The translations under genes were made by a program, and so were the position numbers. Below, piece after piece: positions 20,274 to 30,400 of a DNA stretch of 64,000 nucleotides. Positions within the stretch are counted from its first letter, which is position 1, and every line of letters starts with the position of its first letter. Location of the stretch: contig CAWIMZ010000019.1 of NCBI GenBank assembly GCA_963837385.1, positions 52,180 through 116,179 of the forward strand, in the 5' to 3' direction. The notes below the pieces were generated by a model. It worked only from the letters and a program-made list of their open reading frames with translations, was not told the origin of the DNA and searched no databases. Source of the DNA: an uncultured Solirubrobacterales bacterium. Lineage in GTDB: Bacteria; Actinomycetota; Thermoleophilia; Solirubrobacterales; Solirubrobacteraceae.

Positions 20274-20346
20274 GCGGCGCCGGCCCGTCAGGCCGCGGGA
20301 CCGCCTCGGCATCGAGAACTGAGCGGCGCCGGCCCGTCAGGCCGCG
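20248..20346. repeat. Tandem 49-bp duplication spanning two convergent gene ends
   Basis: gggaccgcctcggcRtcgagaactgagcggcgccggcccgtcaggccgc at 20248 and 20297, one mismatch. Confidence 0.9.
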
Positions 20347-20972
20347 AGCGCCGCCTCGATCTCCTCGATTGCCTGCTCGGTCGAGCGAAACCAAATCGCC
20401 GGGATCCCGAGTTCGCGGGCAGCCGTACAGTTGACCTCCACATCGTCGACGAGCAGCGCTGCGGGCGGGGCGACGCCAAGGCGCTGCAACGTGATCTCGT
20501 AGATACGGGGCTCGGGCTTGCGCGTCCCGACGAACGCCGAGTCGACCACCAGATCGAAGATATCCTCGACCGGCAGCTTCGCGCGCCACAGCTGGTCCCA
20601 TTCGCGAACGTTGTTCGTGCAGATCGCGAGCTTGTAGCCCCGTTCACGCAGCTCACGCATGTACTCGATCAGCGGGCCGTTGGGCTGCAGGCTCTCGAAG
20701 TACTGCTCGCCGAAGCCGTTCAGCTCGATCTCGCGCCCGAGCGCTGAAGTCAGCTCAACGCTGAGCGCGTGCAGAAAGCTCGCTTCGGTCATGCGCCCCG
20801 TCTCGAGCTCGAACAACGGGTTCGCACCCTCGCGCGCGGCGACCGCAGCCATCGCCTTGCCGAGCGCCTCGAGCGGGATGCCCGACGAGTCTTGGAAGTG
20901 GGTGAACGAGTCGAGCAGCGGAGAGGTCAGGACGCCGCCGAAGTCGCTGATCACGGCCTCGATCCTGCTCAT
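20337..20972 (-). CDS. HAD family phosphatase
   Basis: AVISDFGGVL, ICTNN, RKPEPRIY, LVDD motifs. Confidence 0.92.
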   Translation of the reverse strand: MSRIEAVISDFGGVLTSPLLDSFTHFQDSSGIPLEALGKAMAAVAAREGANPLFELETGRMTEASFLHALSVELTSALGREIELNGFGEQYFESLQPNGPLIEYMRELRERGYKLAICTNNVREWDQLWRAKLPVEDIFDLVVDSAFVGTRKPEPRIYEITLQRLGVAPPAALLVDDVEVNCTAARELGIPAIWFRSTEQAIEEIEAALAA

Positions 20973-21716
20973 GCCGGGCGCACGAGCAGGTACACGCCGG
21001 CGCCTTCGCGGCCATGACTGTGGCAGCGAAGAAGCTCCGCGCTGATGTCGAGCTTGCCCTGACGGGAGCGCGCGCGCGCGCCGATCGCCTCGCCGGCGGC
21101 ACGGCGTGGATACTGGCTGCCCTCCTCATCTTCGGAGTCGAGCCACAACTCGAGGCTCAGGCGCGAGGGCTCGCCCGCGGCCGTGTACGTCGTCGAGAGG
21201 CGCGGCTCGGCGACCGAAACGGTCGCCTCCGGCTCGAACAGCGCCGCGCCTGATCAGATCGTCGGAGTGGCCGGCCGCCTTCCGGGGCCGCAGCGACACC
21301 AGGGCGATTCCCTCCGCGGGCTCGAACCACGCCGAGACGTCTCTGAGCGACTCAAACCGCCCGAAGTCAGGGTGAGCCGCGCGCGATCCGCGGCGCCCCA
21401 GGCAGTCAACGGTCGTGTCCTGCCCATCGAGCGCGAATCGGCCGCGGACCCGGCACAGCTGATCGAAGCCCGGTGGCACGGCGGGCGCCGCGGCGGCCGC
21501 GGGCGTGAGCGTCAGCTCCACTCGATCGGACACGATCCGCCAGTCCTCGCCGTCGTCCGAGCCCTCGAGCGCCGTGCCCGAGGAGGGCAGTTCGGCGCCG
21601 TCGGCCCTTCCGAGCGTGACGAACGGCTCCTCCGCCCCCCATACGGCGCCCCACACGCCGGCCTCGAGATCGCCGAACGTGACCGTCCGCACGGTCCCCG
21701 CCGAGCCTAGGTTCAC
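20969..21716 (-). CDS. Hypothetical protein (frameshift near 21250)
   Basis: N-terminal ORF continues in another frame (DPRLSTTY...GAGVYLLVRPA*); its stop overlaps the HAD start. Confidence 0.6.
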
Positions 21717-22153
21717 GATTGCAGCCGCGGCTGATCGAGATCTCGGGCGGTGGAGTCGACGTCGTAGGGCCGGCGCCGCAGGCCCGCGGCCCGCACCACC
21801 ACGCGGCTGCGCAGGCTGCGCGCGAGCAGCCCGCGGGTCAGCGCGCGCGTCGGGGGCAGCAGCGCGCAGATTCCGAGCACGTCGGTGATGAAGCCGGGAA
21901 TGATCAGCAGGCTGCCTCCGATCAGCACCAGCGCGCCGTCCACCACCTCACGTCCCGGTGGCCTGCCCTCCGACACTGCGATCGTCAGGCGACGCCACGC
22001 CGCGCGACCCTGCGAGCGCAGCGCCCATACCCCAGCCGGCCAACCGACGATCAGCAACGCGACCGTCAGCAGAATCCCGATGGAGTTGGCCACCTCGATG
22101 ACGACCAACAGTTCCGCAATCGGCCAACAGATGAGTAGCAAGATCCAAAGCAT
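21713..22153 (-). CDS. fxsA: FxsA family membrane protein
   Basis: PIAEL, LRSQG, LLIIPGFITDVLG...LPPTR. Confidence 0.9.
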   Translation of the reverse strand: MLWILLLICWPIAELLVVIEVANSIGILLTVALLIVGWPAGVWALRSQGRAAWRRLTIAVSEGRPPGREVVDGALVLIGGSLLIIPGFITDVLGICALLPPTRALTRGLLARSLRSRVVVRAAGLRRRPYDVDSTARDLDQPRLQS

Positions 22154-22204
22154 CAGTTCAAGCGTACTCGGCGCCAGGAGCGTTCCCGGGGCGCAGGGCC
22201 GTCC

Positions 22205-22509
22205 CTACGCGAGGGCCGGGAAGGAGCCCTCGATCTTGATCCCGTCGAGCCGGTGCAATCCGACCATCTCGATCAACGCCTTGATCTGCGGTTGCGCGCC
22301 CGTAACGAGGATCTCGCGGCCGCCGGCTCGCAGGCGGCGGGCGAGCATCGCGAGGTCGAGCATCAGCGAGGTGTCGGCGAACCCGAGCTCGGTCATATCG
22401 ACGATCACATCCGCCTGGGCCCGGATCGCGCGGACCAGCGCCTGCCGCCGACATCCCTGCGTGGAGCGATCCTCGTCTCCGCGGCAGCGCAACGTCGGCG
22501 GCTTGTCAT
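22205..22509 (-). CDS. STAS-domain protein (anti-sigma factor antagonist-like); 5' end uncertain
   Basis: VIVDMTELGFADTS, GAQPQIKALIEMVGL; likely ATG at 22509 with an early indel. Confidence 0.75.
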
Positions 22510-22593
22510 CGAAGTCGACGATCGCGCAAACCTAGCGAAACTTGGCCCTCGTGTGCAAGGCCCCGGCCGAAGTCTCCTACACTGGTTTGCGAA

Positions 22594-22890
22594 ATGGTTT
22601 CCGTAGAAGACGTCACAGATGCGCTCCGGGACGTGATCGACCCGGAGCTGGGGCTCGATTTCGTCGAGCTCGGCTTGATCTACGAGGTCGAGGTGGAGGG
22701 TCCCACGGTGAAGGTCACCTACACCCTCACCAGCCCGGGGTGCCCGATCGGACCACAGGTGTCCGAGCAGATCGAGGAATTCGTCGGCGAGTTGGACGGG
22801 GTCGAGGAGGTTCAACCGGCGATGACGTTCTCGCCGCCCTGGACCCCCGAGCGAATGAGCGAAGACGCCAAGTTCGCGCTTGGCTTCTGA
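22594..22890 (+). CDS. Metal-sulfur cluster assembly factor (DUF59/SufT)
   Basis: VIDPELGLDFVELGLIY, TLTSPGCP, PPWTPERMS. Confidence 0.93.
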   Translation: MVSVEDVTDALRDVIDPELGLDFVELGLIYEVEVEGPTVKVTYTLTSPGCPIGPQVSEQIEEFVGELDGVEEVQPAMTFSPPWTPERMSEDAKFALGF

Positions 22891-22960
22891 TCCTTAAGTT
22901 CGCGTTCGACCTCGAGGTCGCCGGCGCCGCGCCGGCCGCCGCGGTCGCGGACGCGCTCAG

Positions 22961-24586
22961 CTAGTTACGAGGGGAGCGCGTACGCGACGAGCGCGCGGCG
23001 CCCGAGCGCTTGGCGCGCATGTCCGCGGCCGGGCCGGTCTTGGCTCGAGGGCGGCCGGGAGGAATCAGCGGCGCAGGGCTGCCGTTGGAGCCCGCGCGCG
23101 CCTTGCGCTGCCCGTCGGCGGCGGTCCGCGAGGAGGCGGGCTTGGCCCCACCATTGGCGGTGCGCGCCGGGGTCGCGGCGCGGGCCGGCTTGCCGCGTGC
23201 CGCCGCCAGCAGCTCCCGCAGTGCGGCGTCGATCCCGTCGGCGATCACGTCGATGTCCGGCAGCGCGTCGTAGTCACCGAGCAGGCCGTAATCGATCCCC
23301 CCGTTGTAGGACATGATCGCGACCGCGAGTGCGTGGTTCTTGGGCAGGAACGCGAGCGGGAACAGGTCATGGAGCTCACGACCGAGCACGTAGAGCGGCA
23401 CCTGCGGGCCGGGAATGTTGGTCACGATCAGATTGAACAGGCGGGTGGAGAAGTTCAGCCGCGAGGCCTGAGCGAGGATCGTCGGCGGCACGAGGCTGTT
23501 CACTGCCGCGAGCGTCGCGGCCCCAACGGCTTGCTTTGACTCCTTGAGGCCATTCATCGCCTGGCGAACGAACCGCAGCCGGGCGACCGGATCTCTGATG
23601 TAAACCGGCAGCGGCCCACGCATCACCGTGAGCTGATTGCCGAGCGTGCCGCGGTCGCCCTTTGCCCGGACCGAGACAGGCACCAGCGCTCGCATCTCGA
23701 GCCCCTCGGTCCGGATCCCTCGCGAACGCAGCCACTCCGCGAGCGCTCCCGAGACGACGGTCAGAACGACATCGTTGACCGTCCCGCCGAGGGCGTTCTT
23801 GACGACCTTGTAGTCATCGAGCTGCTGGCGGACGACCGTGAAGCGGCGGTGGGGCCCGATCTCGACGTTGAGCGGCGTCTCGGGAGCCGGGTTCAGGCCA
23901 GCCCAAGCGATCTCGCCGACACCCTCGAGCGCGTCGCGTAGCCCGGTCAGCGTGGTTCCGGGCCTGGTCGCCGCGATCATCGCCTTGGTGACGATCTGGG
24001 CCGACGTGCCGACCATGCCTCGCACTCCCGCCAAGACCAGCTCCGCCGGCGAGGGCTCGGGCTTCGGCCGCCAGGGCTCGAGATCCAGCGGCGGCGGTGC
24101 GGGGGTCGGCGCAAGGTCCAGCAGGACGGTCGCGAGGTCGACGCCGGAGACTCCGTCCACGAGCGAGTGGTGTGTCTTGAAGATCAGCGCGAAGCGATCG
24201 CCCTCGAGCCCCTCGACGAGCCAGCTCTCCCACAGCGGCTTTGAGCGATCGAGCTGCTGGGAGGCGATCCGGCTGGCGAGCGCGAACAGCTGAGCCTCGC
24301 TGCCCGGGGCCGGGAGCGCGGCGTGACGGACGTGATACTCGAGGTTGAAGCACGGATCGTCGACCCACAGCGGCCGCCCGGTCTCGAGCGGTGGCGTGGC
24401 GAGCCGCTGGCGGTAGCGCGGCACGAGATGCAGCCGTTCCCGGACGTGACGGAGGTAGTCCTCGAACGGCGGCGGGGGCCCCTCGAACACCAGCACCGCG
24501 CCAATGTGCATGTGCGACGCCGGCCCCTCTTGGTGCAAGAAGGAAGCGTCGATTGAGGTCAGGCGATCGAGGTGATGCTGCGGCAT
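22961..24586 (-). CDS. Wax ester synthase / diacylglycerol acyltransferase
   Basis: HHSLVDG catalytic motif, LDRSKPLWE, FNLIVTNIPGP. Confidence 0.95.
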   Translation of the reverse strand: MPQHHLDRLTSIDASFLHQEGPASHMHIGAVLVFEGPPPPFEDYLRHVRERLHLVPRYRQRLATPPLETGRPLWVDDPCFNLEYHVRHAALPAPGSEAQLFALASRIASQQLDRSKPLWESWLVEGLEGDRFALIFKTHHSLVDGVSGVDLATVLLDLAPTPAPPPLDLEPWRPKPEPSPAELVLAGVRGMVGTSAQIVTKAMIAATRPGTTLTGLRDALEGVGEIAWAGLNPAPETPLNVEIGPHRRFTVVRQQLDDYKVVKNALGGTVNDVVLTVVSGALAEWLRSRGIRTEGLEMRALVPVSVRAKGDRGTLGNQLTVMRGPLPVYIRDPVARLRFVRQAMNGLKESKQAVGAATLAAVNSLVPPTILAQASRLNFSTRLFNLIVTNIPGPQVPLYVLGRELHDLFPLAFLPKNHALAVAIMSYNGGIDYGLLGDYDALPDIDVIADGIDAALRELLAAARGKPARAATPARTANGGAKPASSRTAADGQRKARAGSNGSPAPLIPPGRPRAKTGPAADMRAKRSGAARSSRTRSPRN

Positions 24587-24642
24587 AGCTCGCTCCACGC
24601 GCGATGATGATGGGCGGGGCGATAAGAGTACGCTTCCCGCGA

Positions 24643-25944
24643 GTGTCCTGGGAATTCTCAACCGAGCCCGAGTTCCAGCGCCAGCTCGACTGGATGACGA
24701 CGTTCGTTCGCGAGCAGATCTGGCCGCTCGAGACGCTCACCGAGGAGCTCGGATGGGACGGTCTCGTGCGCGCGGTCGCCCCGCTGCAGGAACAGGTCAA
24801 GGAGCGGGGCCTGTGGGCCGCGCACCTCGGTCCAGAGCTGGGGGGCCAGGGCTTCGGCCAGGTGAAGCTGGGGCTGATGCACGAGATCCTCGGCACGTCT
24901 CCGATCGCCCCGCTCGCGTTCGGCAACGCCGCACCCGACTCCGGCAACTCCGAGATCCTGGCGCTCGCAGGCAGCCCCGAGCAGAAGGAGCGCTATCTGC
25001 ATCCGCTGCTGGCGGGCGATCTGAAGTCGGCGTTCAGCATGACCGAGCCCGGGACCGCCGGCTCTGATCCCATCCTGCTCGGGACGACCGCCGTGCGCGA
25101 CGGCGACGAGTGGGTGATCAACGGGCAGAAGTGGTTCTCCACCAACGGCTCGATCGCCGACTTCCTGATCGTGATGGCGCTCACCGATCCCGAGGCCCGT
25201 CCCCATCAGCGTGCGTCGATGTTCATCGTCGACGCCGACGCGCCCGGGGTCCTGATCGCGCGCGATGTGGCGACGATGGAGCACCCCTGGGAGAGCTTCG
25301 GCCGCTACGGCAACCATGCCGAGATCCTCTACGAGGACGTTCGCGTTCCAGCCGACGCATTGCTGGGCGCTGAGGGCGCAGGCTTCCTGATCGCGCAGCA
25401 GCGCCTCTACCCGGGACGGATCCATCACTGCATGCGGTGGCTCGGAGTCGCCCGGCGCGCGTTTGACATGTTGTGCGAGCGCTCGCTGTATCGCTACGCC
25501 CACGGATCGACCCTGTCGGGCCACCAGACGATCCAGAACTGGATCGCCGACTCGGCCGCGGAGATGCAGGCGGCGAAGCTGATGACGCTTCACGCGGCCT
25601 GGAAGATGGACGCCGAAGGAGTGAAGGCGGCGCGCACCGACATCGCGATGATCAAGTACTACGGGGCAAGGGTGCTCCACGACGTTGTCGATCGGGCGCT
25701 CCAAGCCCACGGGGCCCTCGGCTACTCGACCGACCTGCCCCTCGAAGCGATGTACCGCTACGCGCGCGCGGCGCGCATCTACGATGGACCGGACGAGGTA
25801 CACCGCGGTTCGGTCGCGCGCCAGGTGCTACGCGGCTATGCGCCGCCGGCCGACGAGGTCCCGAGCCAGTTCATTCCCCGCCGGCGCGAGGAAGCCCGGC
25901 GCCGGTTCGCCGACCTCCTCGAGTCGGTCACCGCTAACGATTGA
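24643..25944 (+). CDS. Acyl-CoA dehydrogenase
   Basis: APDSGNSEIL, FSMTEP, NGQKWF, RIHHCMRW, RIYDGPDEVH. Confidence 0.95.
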   Translation: MSWEFSTEPEFQRQLDWMTTFVREQIWPLETLTEELGWDGLVRAVAPLQEQVKERGLWAAHLGPELGGQGFGQVKLGLMHEILGTSPIAPLAFGNAAPDSGNSEILALAGSPEQKERYLHPLLAGDLKSAFSMTEPGTAGSDPILLGTTAVRDGDEWVINGQKWFSTNGSIADFLIVMALTDPEARPHQRASMFIVDADAPGVLIARDVATMEHPWESFGRYGNHAEILYEDVRVPADALLGAEGAGFLIAQQRLYPGRIHHCMRWLGVARRAFDMLCERSLYRYAHGSTLSGHQTIQNWIADSAAEMQAAKLMTLHAAWKMDAEGVKAARTDIAMIKYYGARVLHDVVDRALQAHGALGYSTDLPLEAMYRYARAARIYDGPDEVHRGSVARQVLRGYAPPADEVPSQFIPRRREEARRRFADLLESVTAND

Positions 25945-25985
25945 CCAACGTCTCGGGCCGGTTTCGGGTCCTACACTAGACGGCG

Positions 25986-26946
25986 ATGGCCAAGACTCCC
26001 GAGAAGCTGCTGCTGGCGACACCGCGTGGCTACTGCGCCGGCGTCGACCGCGCCGTGCAGACGGTCGAGCGCGCGCTCGAGCTCTACGGCGCGCCTGTCT
26101 ACGTGCGCAAGGAGATCGTCCACAACAAGCATGTGGTCGGGCAGCTGCGCGAGCGGGGAGCGGTGTTCGTCGACTCCGAGAGCGAAATTCCCGAGGGCGC
26201 GACGGCGGTCTTCTCCGCCCACGGGGTCGCGCCGACCGTCCACGCGAACGCGGCGCGCTTGGGCTTGCGCACGATCGATGCGACCTGCCCGCTGGTGACC
26301 AAGGTGCACGTCGAGGCCAGGAAGTTCGCCTCGGAGGGGTACACGATCGTGCTGATCGGCCACGCCGGCCACGAAGAAGTGGAGGGAACGATGGGGGAGG
26401 CGCCCGACCGGATCGTGCTGGTCCAGAGCGAGGAAGACGTCGACGCGCTCGCAGGTCGACGATCCCGACAAGATCGCCTTTATCTCGCAGACCACGCTGT
26501 CGGTCGAGGAGACGCGTTCGATCATCGATCGTCTGCGCGAGCGTTTCCCGGCGATCGTCGGACCGCGCACCGATGACATTTGCTACGCGACGACCAATCG
26601 CCAGGCCGCGGTCAAGCAGCTCGCGCGCGAGTGCGACCTCGTGCTCGTGATCGGATCGCGCAATTCGTCGAACTCCAACCGCCTGGTGGAAGTCGCACGT
26701 GAGCACGGCGCCGACTCGTTCCTGATCGACAACGAGTCTCAGGTCGAGGAGCGGTGGCTCGAGGGGAGACGGGTTGTCGGCATCACGTCGGGAGCGAGCG
26801 CGCCCGAGGAGCTGGTCCAGCGGCTGGTCGACTTCTTCGAGGCCCGCGGCACCAGCGAAGTGGAGGAGCTCGAGGTCGTCACCGAGGACGTGCGCTTCAT
26901 GCTCCCGAAGACGATCCGCCAGGCCCTGGCGGCCGCCTCCGCATAG
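25986..26946 (+). CDS. ispH: 4-hydroxy-3-methylbut-2-enyl diphosphate reductase (frameshift near 26453)
   Basis: [47 protein letters not shown] across two frames. Confidence 0.95.
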
Positions 26947-26957
26947 GACTCGCGGCG

Positions 26958-28056
26958 CTGCGGACGCTGGTCGTCTCCGACCTGCACCTCGGCGCGCGCA
27001 CCGGCGCCGATCTGCTCCGCGGCGAGGCCGCGTGCGCAGTGTTGCTCGAGGAGGTGGCGAGGGCGGACCGGCTGGTGCTGCTCGGCGACGTGATCGAGCT
27101 TCGCCATGGGCCGCTGCGGGACGCGCTCGCCGCGGCCGAGCCCGTGCTGCGTGCGCTCGGGCGGCGCGCTGCACTGCGGCGCCGAGGTTCTGCTCGTGCC
27201 CGGCAACCACGACTACCAGCTGTTGGCGCCGTGGCTGGAATCCCGCGCCCGGGCGGAAGTGCCGCCGCCGCTCGGCCTCGAGACCTGGGTCGATTGGCAC
27301 GCGGGCGAACCATTGGCCGCCGTCGCCGGCTGGCTGGCACCCGCCAATGTGCGAGTCGCCTACCCGGGCGTCTGGCTGCGCGAGGACGTGTACGCGACCC
27401 ACGGTCACTACAGCGACCGGCACACCACGGTCCCGATGTTCGAGCGCCTCGGTGCTGGGGCGATGGCCCGGATCGTGCGTGAAGCCACGAGCGGGCCGAG
27501 AGGAGTCGACGACTACGAGCGGACGTTGGCGCCGCTGTACGCCTGGCTTTATGCGATCGCTCAGCGCGGCGGGCCCGAGCTCGGGCGCAGCTCCCACGGC
27601 GCCTCCGCCCAGGCGTGGCAGGTGCTCACGAGATCGGGTCCTCGCCGCAGCTGGCGCCGGCGAGGGCTTCTCGCGGCATTTCCGGCCGTCGTGGCCGGAC
27701 TGAATCGTGCCGGCCTCGGCCCGCTGCGCGCCGACGTCTCCGGCTCGGAGCTGCGGCGCGCGGCGCTGCGGGCGTTCGGGGAAGTCCTCGCGCGCCTCGA
27801 GATCACCGCGCCCTACGTGCTGTTCGGGCACACGCACCGCGCGGGACCGCTCGTGCGTGAGCACCGCTGGGAGTGGCGAGCACCGACGGGCAGTGCGATC
27901 CTGAACACCGGTAGCTGGGTGCACGAGCCGGCGTTCCTCGGGCCGGTGCCCGCCGAGAGTCCCTATCGACCGGGCTTCTGCGCGATCCTCGAATCCGGGG
28001 GTCCGCCGGAGCTGACCTGCCTGCTCGACGGTGTCAGCTCGCCAGTCCGGGCGTGA
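26958..28056 (+). CDS. Metallophosphoesterase (frameshift near 27165; start uncertain)
   Basis: SDLHLG, LLGD, PGNHD, THGH, FGHTH, NTGSW. Confidence 0.85.
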
Positions 28057-28778
28057 AGCAGACCGCGTGGCAGCGCACACCTTCGCTGAGCGTGAGCTCG
28101 AGCTCGGCGGTTGTGCTGCGCGGATGCGAGACGAGCTCGTAGCAACCGGGATGCTCGATTGCGAAACTGCGAGCGCCGACCGTCACGGGTCCGTGGCCGT
28201 CCAGCACCGCCCATACCCCGCCCGCCTCGTAGCGGCCGCTGAATGTGCCCTGCACATCGTCGCTCTGGCGCGCGAGGAGCGCGCCCGGCGCGTCCTCCGG
28301 ACGCAGCGGCGGCAAGGTGGGGCCTTGCCGTCCCAGCAGCTCCTGAATCGCCAACTCGCTCTCCTCGTAGGCCCCTTCGCCGTAGTGGTAGTAGGCGAGC
28401 GTTCCGTCCTGCTTGAACAGGTAACGCGCCGGCCAGCCGAGGTTGCCGTACAGCTGCCAGATCTCGAGCTCGACGTCGACCACGACCGGATAGGTGATGC
28501 CGAGCCGCTTCACCGCGGCGCGCACCGCCTCGGGATCCTGCGAGAGCTCGAAGCCCGCCGCGTGGACGCCGATCACGCGTAGGCCCGCGGACTCGTAGCG
28601 CTCGTGCCACGCCTTGATGTAAGGCAGCGTGCGGATCGAGTTTGCCCGGCAGAAGTCCCAGAACTCGATCAGCACGGGCTGGCCGAGCTGCTGGTCCATC
28701 GCGGATCATCGCCGTGTTGATCCAGGGAAGGCGGGGCGGGAACGCAGGCGCTGCGATGTGATCTACCGGGGGACGCAT
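28034..28778 (-). CDS. Redoxin / DipZ-like thioredoxin-domain protein (frameshift near 28705)
   Basis: WIN..., VLIEFWDFCRANSIRTLPY, YGNLGWPARYL, HYGEGAY. Confidence 0.8.
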
Positions 28779-28892
28779 CGAGGGCGATGGTAGAGGTCCC
28801 AGGGCGCCTGAAAAGCGCCCTGCCACAGGCCTGTGAGGTCGCTATACTCAGTGAAGTATTGAAAGCAGACCGCCTTTGAGGAGTTTTCGCCG

Positions 28893-30073
28893 ATGAGCCC
28901 GTCAGGAGCCGAGGTTCTCCGCCAGATCAAGAGCAGGATCGATGAGGTCGATCCGTCCGTCGTGCGCGAGCAGGTCTCCAACGGCGCCGTGGTCGTCGAT
29001 GTGCGTGAGCCCGAAGAGTGGTCCGGCGGCCACATTCCCGGTGCCAAGCACGTCCCCAAGAGCTATCTGGAGTCGCGAATCGAGGGCACCGTGCCCGATC
29101 GCGATCAACACGTGATTCTGTACTGCCAGTCGGGCAACCGCTCGGCCTGGGCGGCGCGGACGCTGATCGAGGATCTCGGCTACGAGAACGTCGAGTCGAT
29201 GACCGGCGGGTTCACGCTGTGGAAGGACCGCGGCTACGAGGTCGAGCTACCGCGGACACTGACGGCCGAGCAGCGGGAGCGATACTCGCGCCATCTGCTG
29301 CTTCCGGAGGTCGGTATCGATGGCCAGCAGAAGCTGCTGGACGCCAAGGTGCTGTTGCTGGGTGCCGGCGGGCTCGGCTCGCCGGCGGCGCTGTACCTCG
29401 CCGCCGCCGGCGTTGGCACGGTGGGGATCGTCGACAACGACGAGGTCGACCTGTCGAACCTGCAGCGCCAGGTGATCCACTCGAGCGAGCGGATCGGGGT
29501 ATCCAAGGTGGATTCCGCCGAGCAGACGATCACCGCGCTCAACCCCGACGTGGAGGTGAGAAGTACCCGGTGCGCTTGGGACCCGAGAACATCATGGAGA
29601 TCATCTCCGGCTACGACATCATCGTCGACGGGCTCGACAACTTCCCGACGCGGTATCTGCTCAACGACGCCTCGGTGCGGCTCCAGATCCCGGTCGTGTC
29701 GGCCGCGATCCTCGGGTTCGAGGGACAGCTGTCCGTGTTCAAGCCCTACGAAGGGCCCTGCTATCGCTGCCTGTTCCCGGTGCCGCCGCCGGCTGAGCTG
29801 GCGCCCTCGTGCGGTGCCAACGGCGTGCTGGGCGTGCTTCCCGGGACGATGGGCCTGCTCCAGGCGACCGAGGTCGTGAAGCTGATCCTCGGGGAGGGCG
29901 AGCCGCTGATCGGCCGCCTGCTGATGTACGACGCGCTGGCAGCGCGCGTCACCGAGGTCAAGGTTCGGCGTGACCCGGATTGCCCGGTCTGCTCGCGGGA
30001 GCCCGACGAGATCTCCGACGAGGAGATGGGCGTGTTTCCCGACTACGAAGCGTTTTGCGCCGGGGCTCACTAG
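28893..30073 (+). CDS. moeB: Rhodanese + MoeB/ThiF adenylyltransferase (MoeZ-like; frameshift near 29560)
   Basis: N-terminal rhodanese (DVRE, YCQSGNRS); RYSRHLLL, GAGGLG, DLSNLQRQ, DNFPTRY, CYRC, CPVC. Confidence 0.93.
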
Positions 30074-30084
30074 GGTTCACCGCG

Positions 30085-30396
30085 ATGGTCACGGTTCGGA
30101 TACCCCCTGTGCTGCGCCCGTCAGTTGGTGGCGAGAAGGAGCTGAGCGCCGAGGGCTCCTCGGTCGGGGAGATCCTGCGCACCGTCGCCGAGCAGCATCC
30201 CGAAACGCAGGCGCAGCTGTTCTCACCCGATGGGGGCCTCAACCGGTACGTGAACGTCTACCTCAATGACGAGGATGTCCGGGTTCTCGATGGCCTGGAG
30301 ACCGCCGTCGGCGAGGCCGACACGCTCGTGATTCTGCCCGCGATGGCGGGCGGGGCCCGGTACCAGCTTCCGCAGGCCCCTCGCTACACTTCGTAA
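30085..30396 (+). CDS. MoaD/ThiS-family sulfur carrier (CysO-like) with an extension after GG
   Basis: VRIPPVLR, NVYLNDEDVR, ILPAMAGG followed by ARYQLPQAPRYTS. Confidence 0.88.
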   Translation: MVTVRIPPVLRPSVGGEKELSAEGSSVGEILRTVAEQHPETQAQLFSPDGGLNRYVNVYLNDEDVRVLDGLETAVGEADTLVILPAMAGGARYQLPQAPRYTS

Positions 30397-30400
30397 AGCA

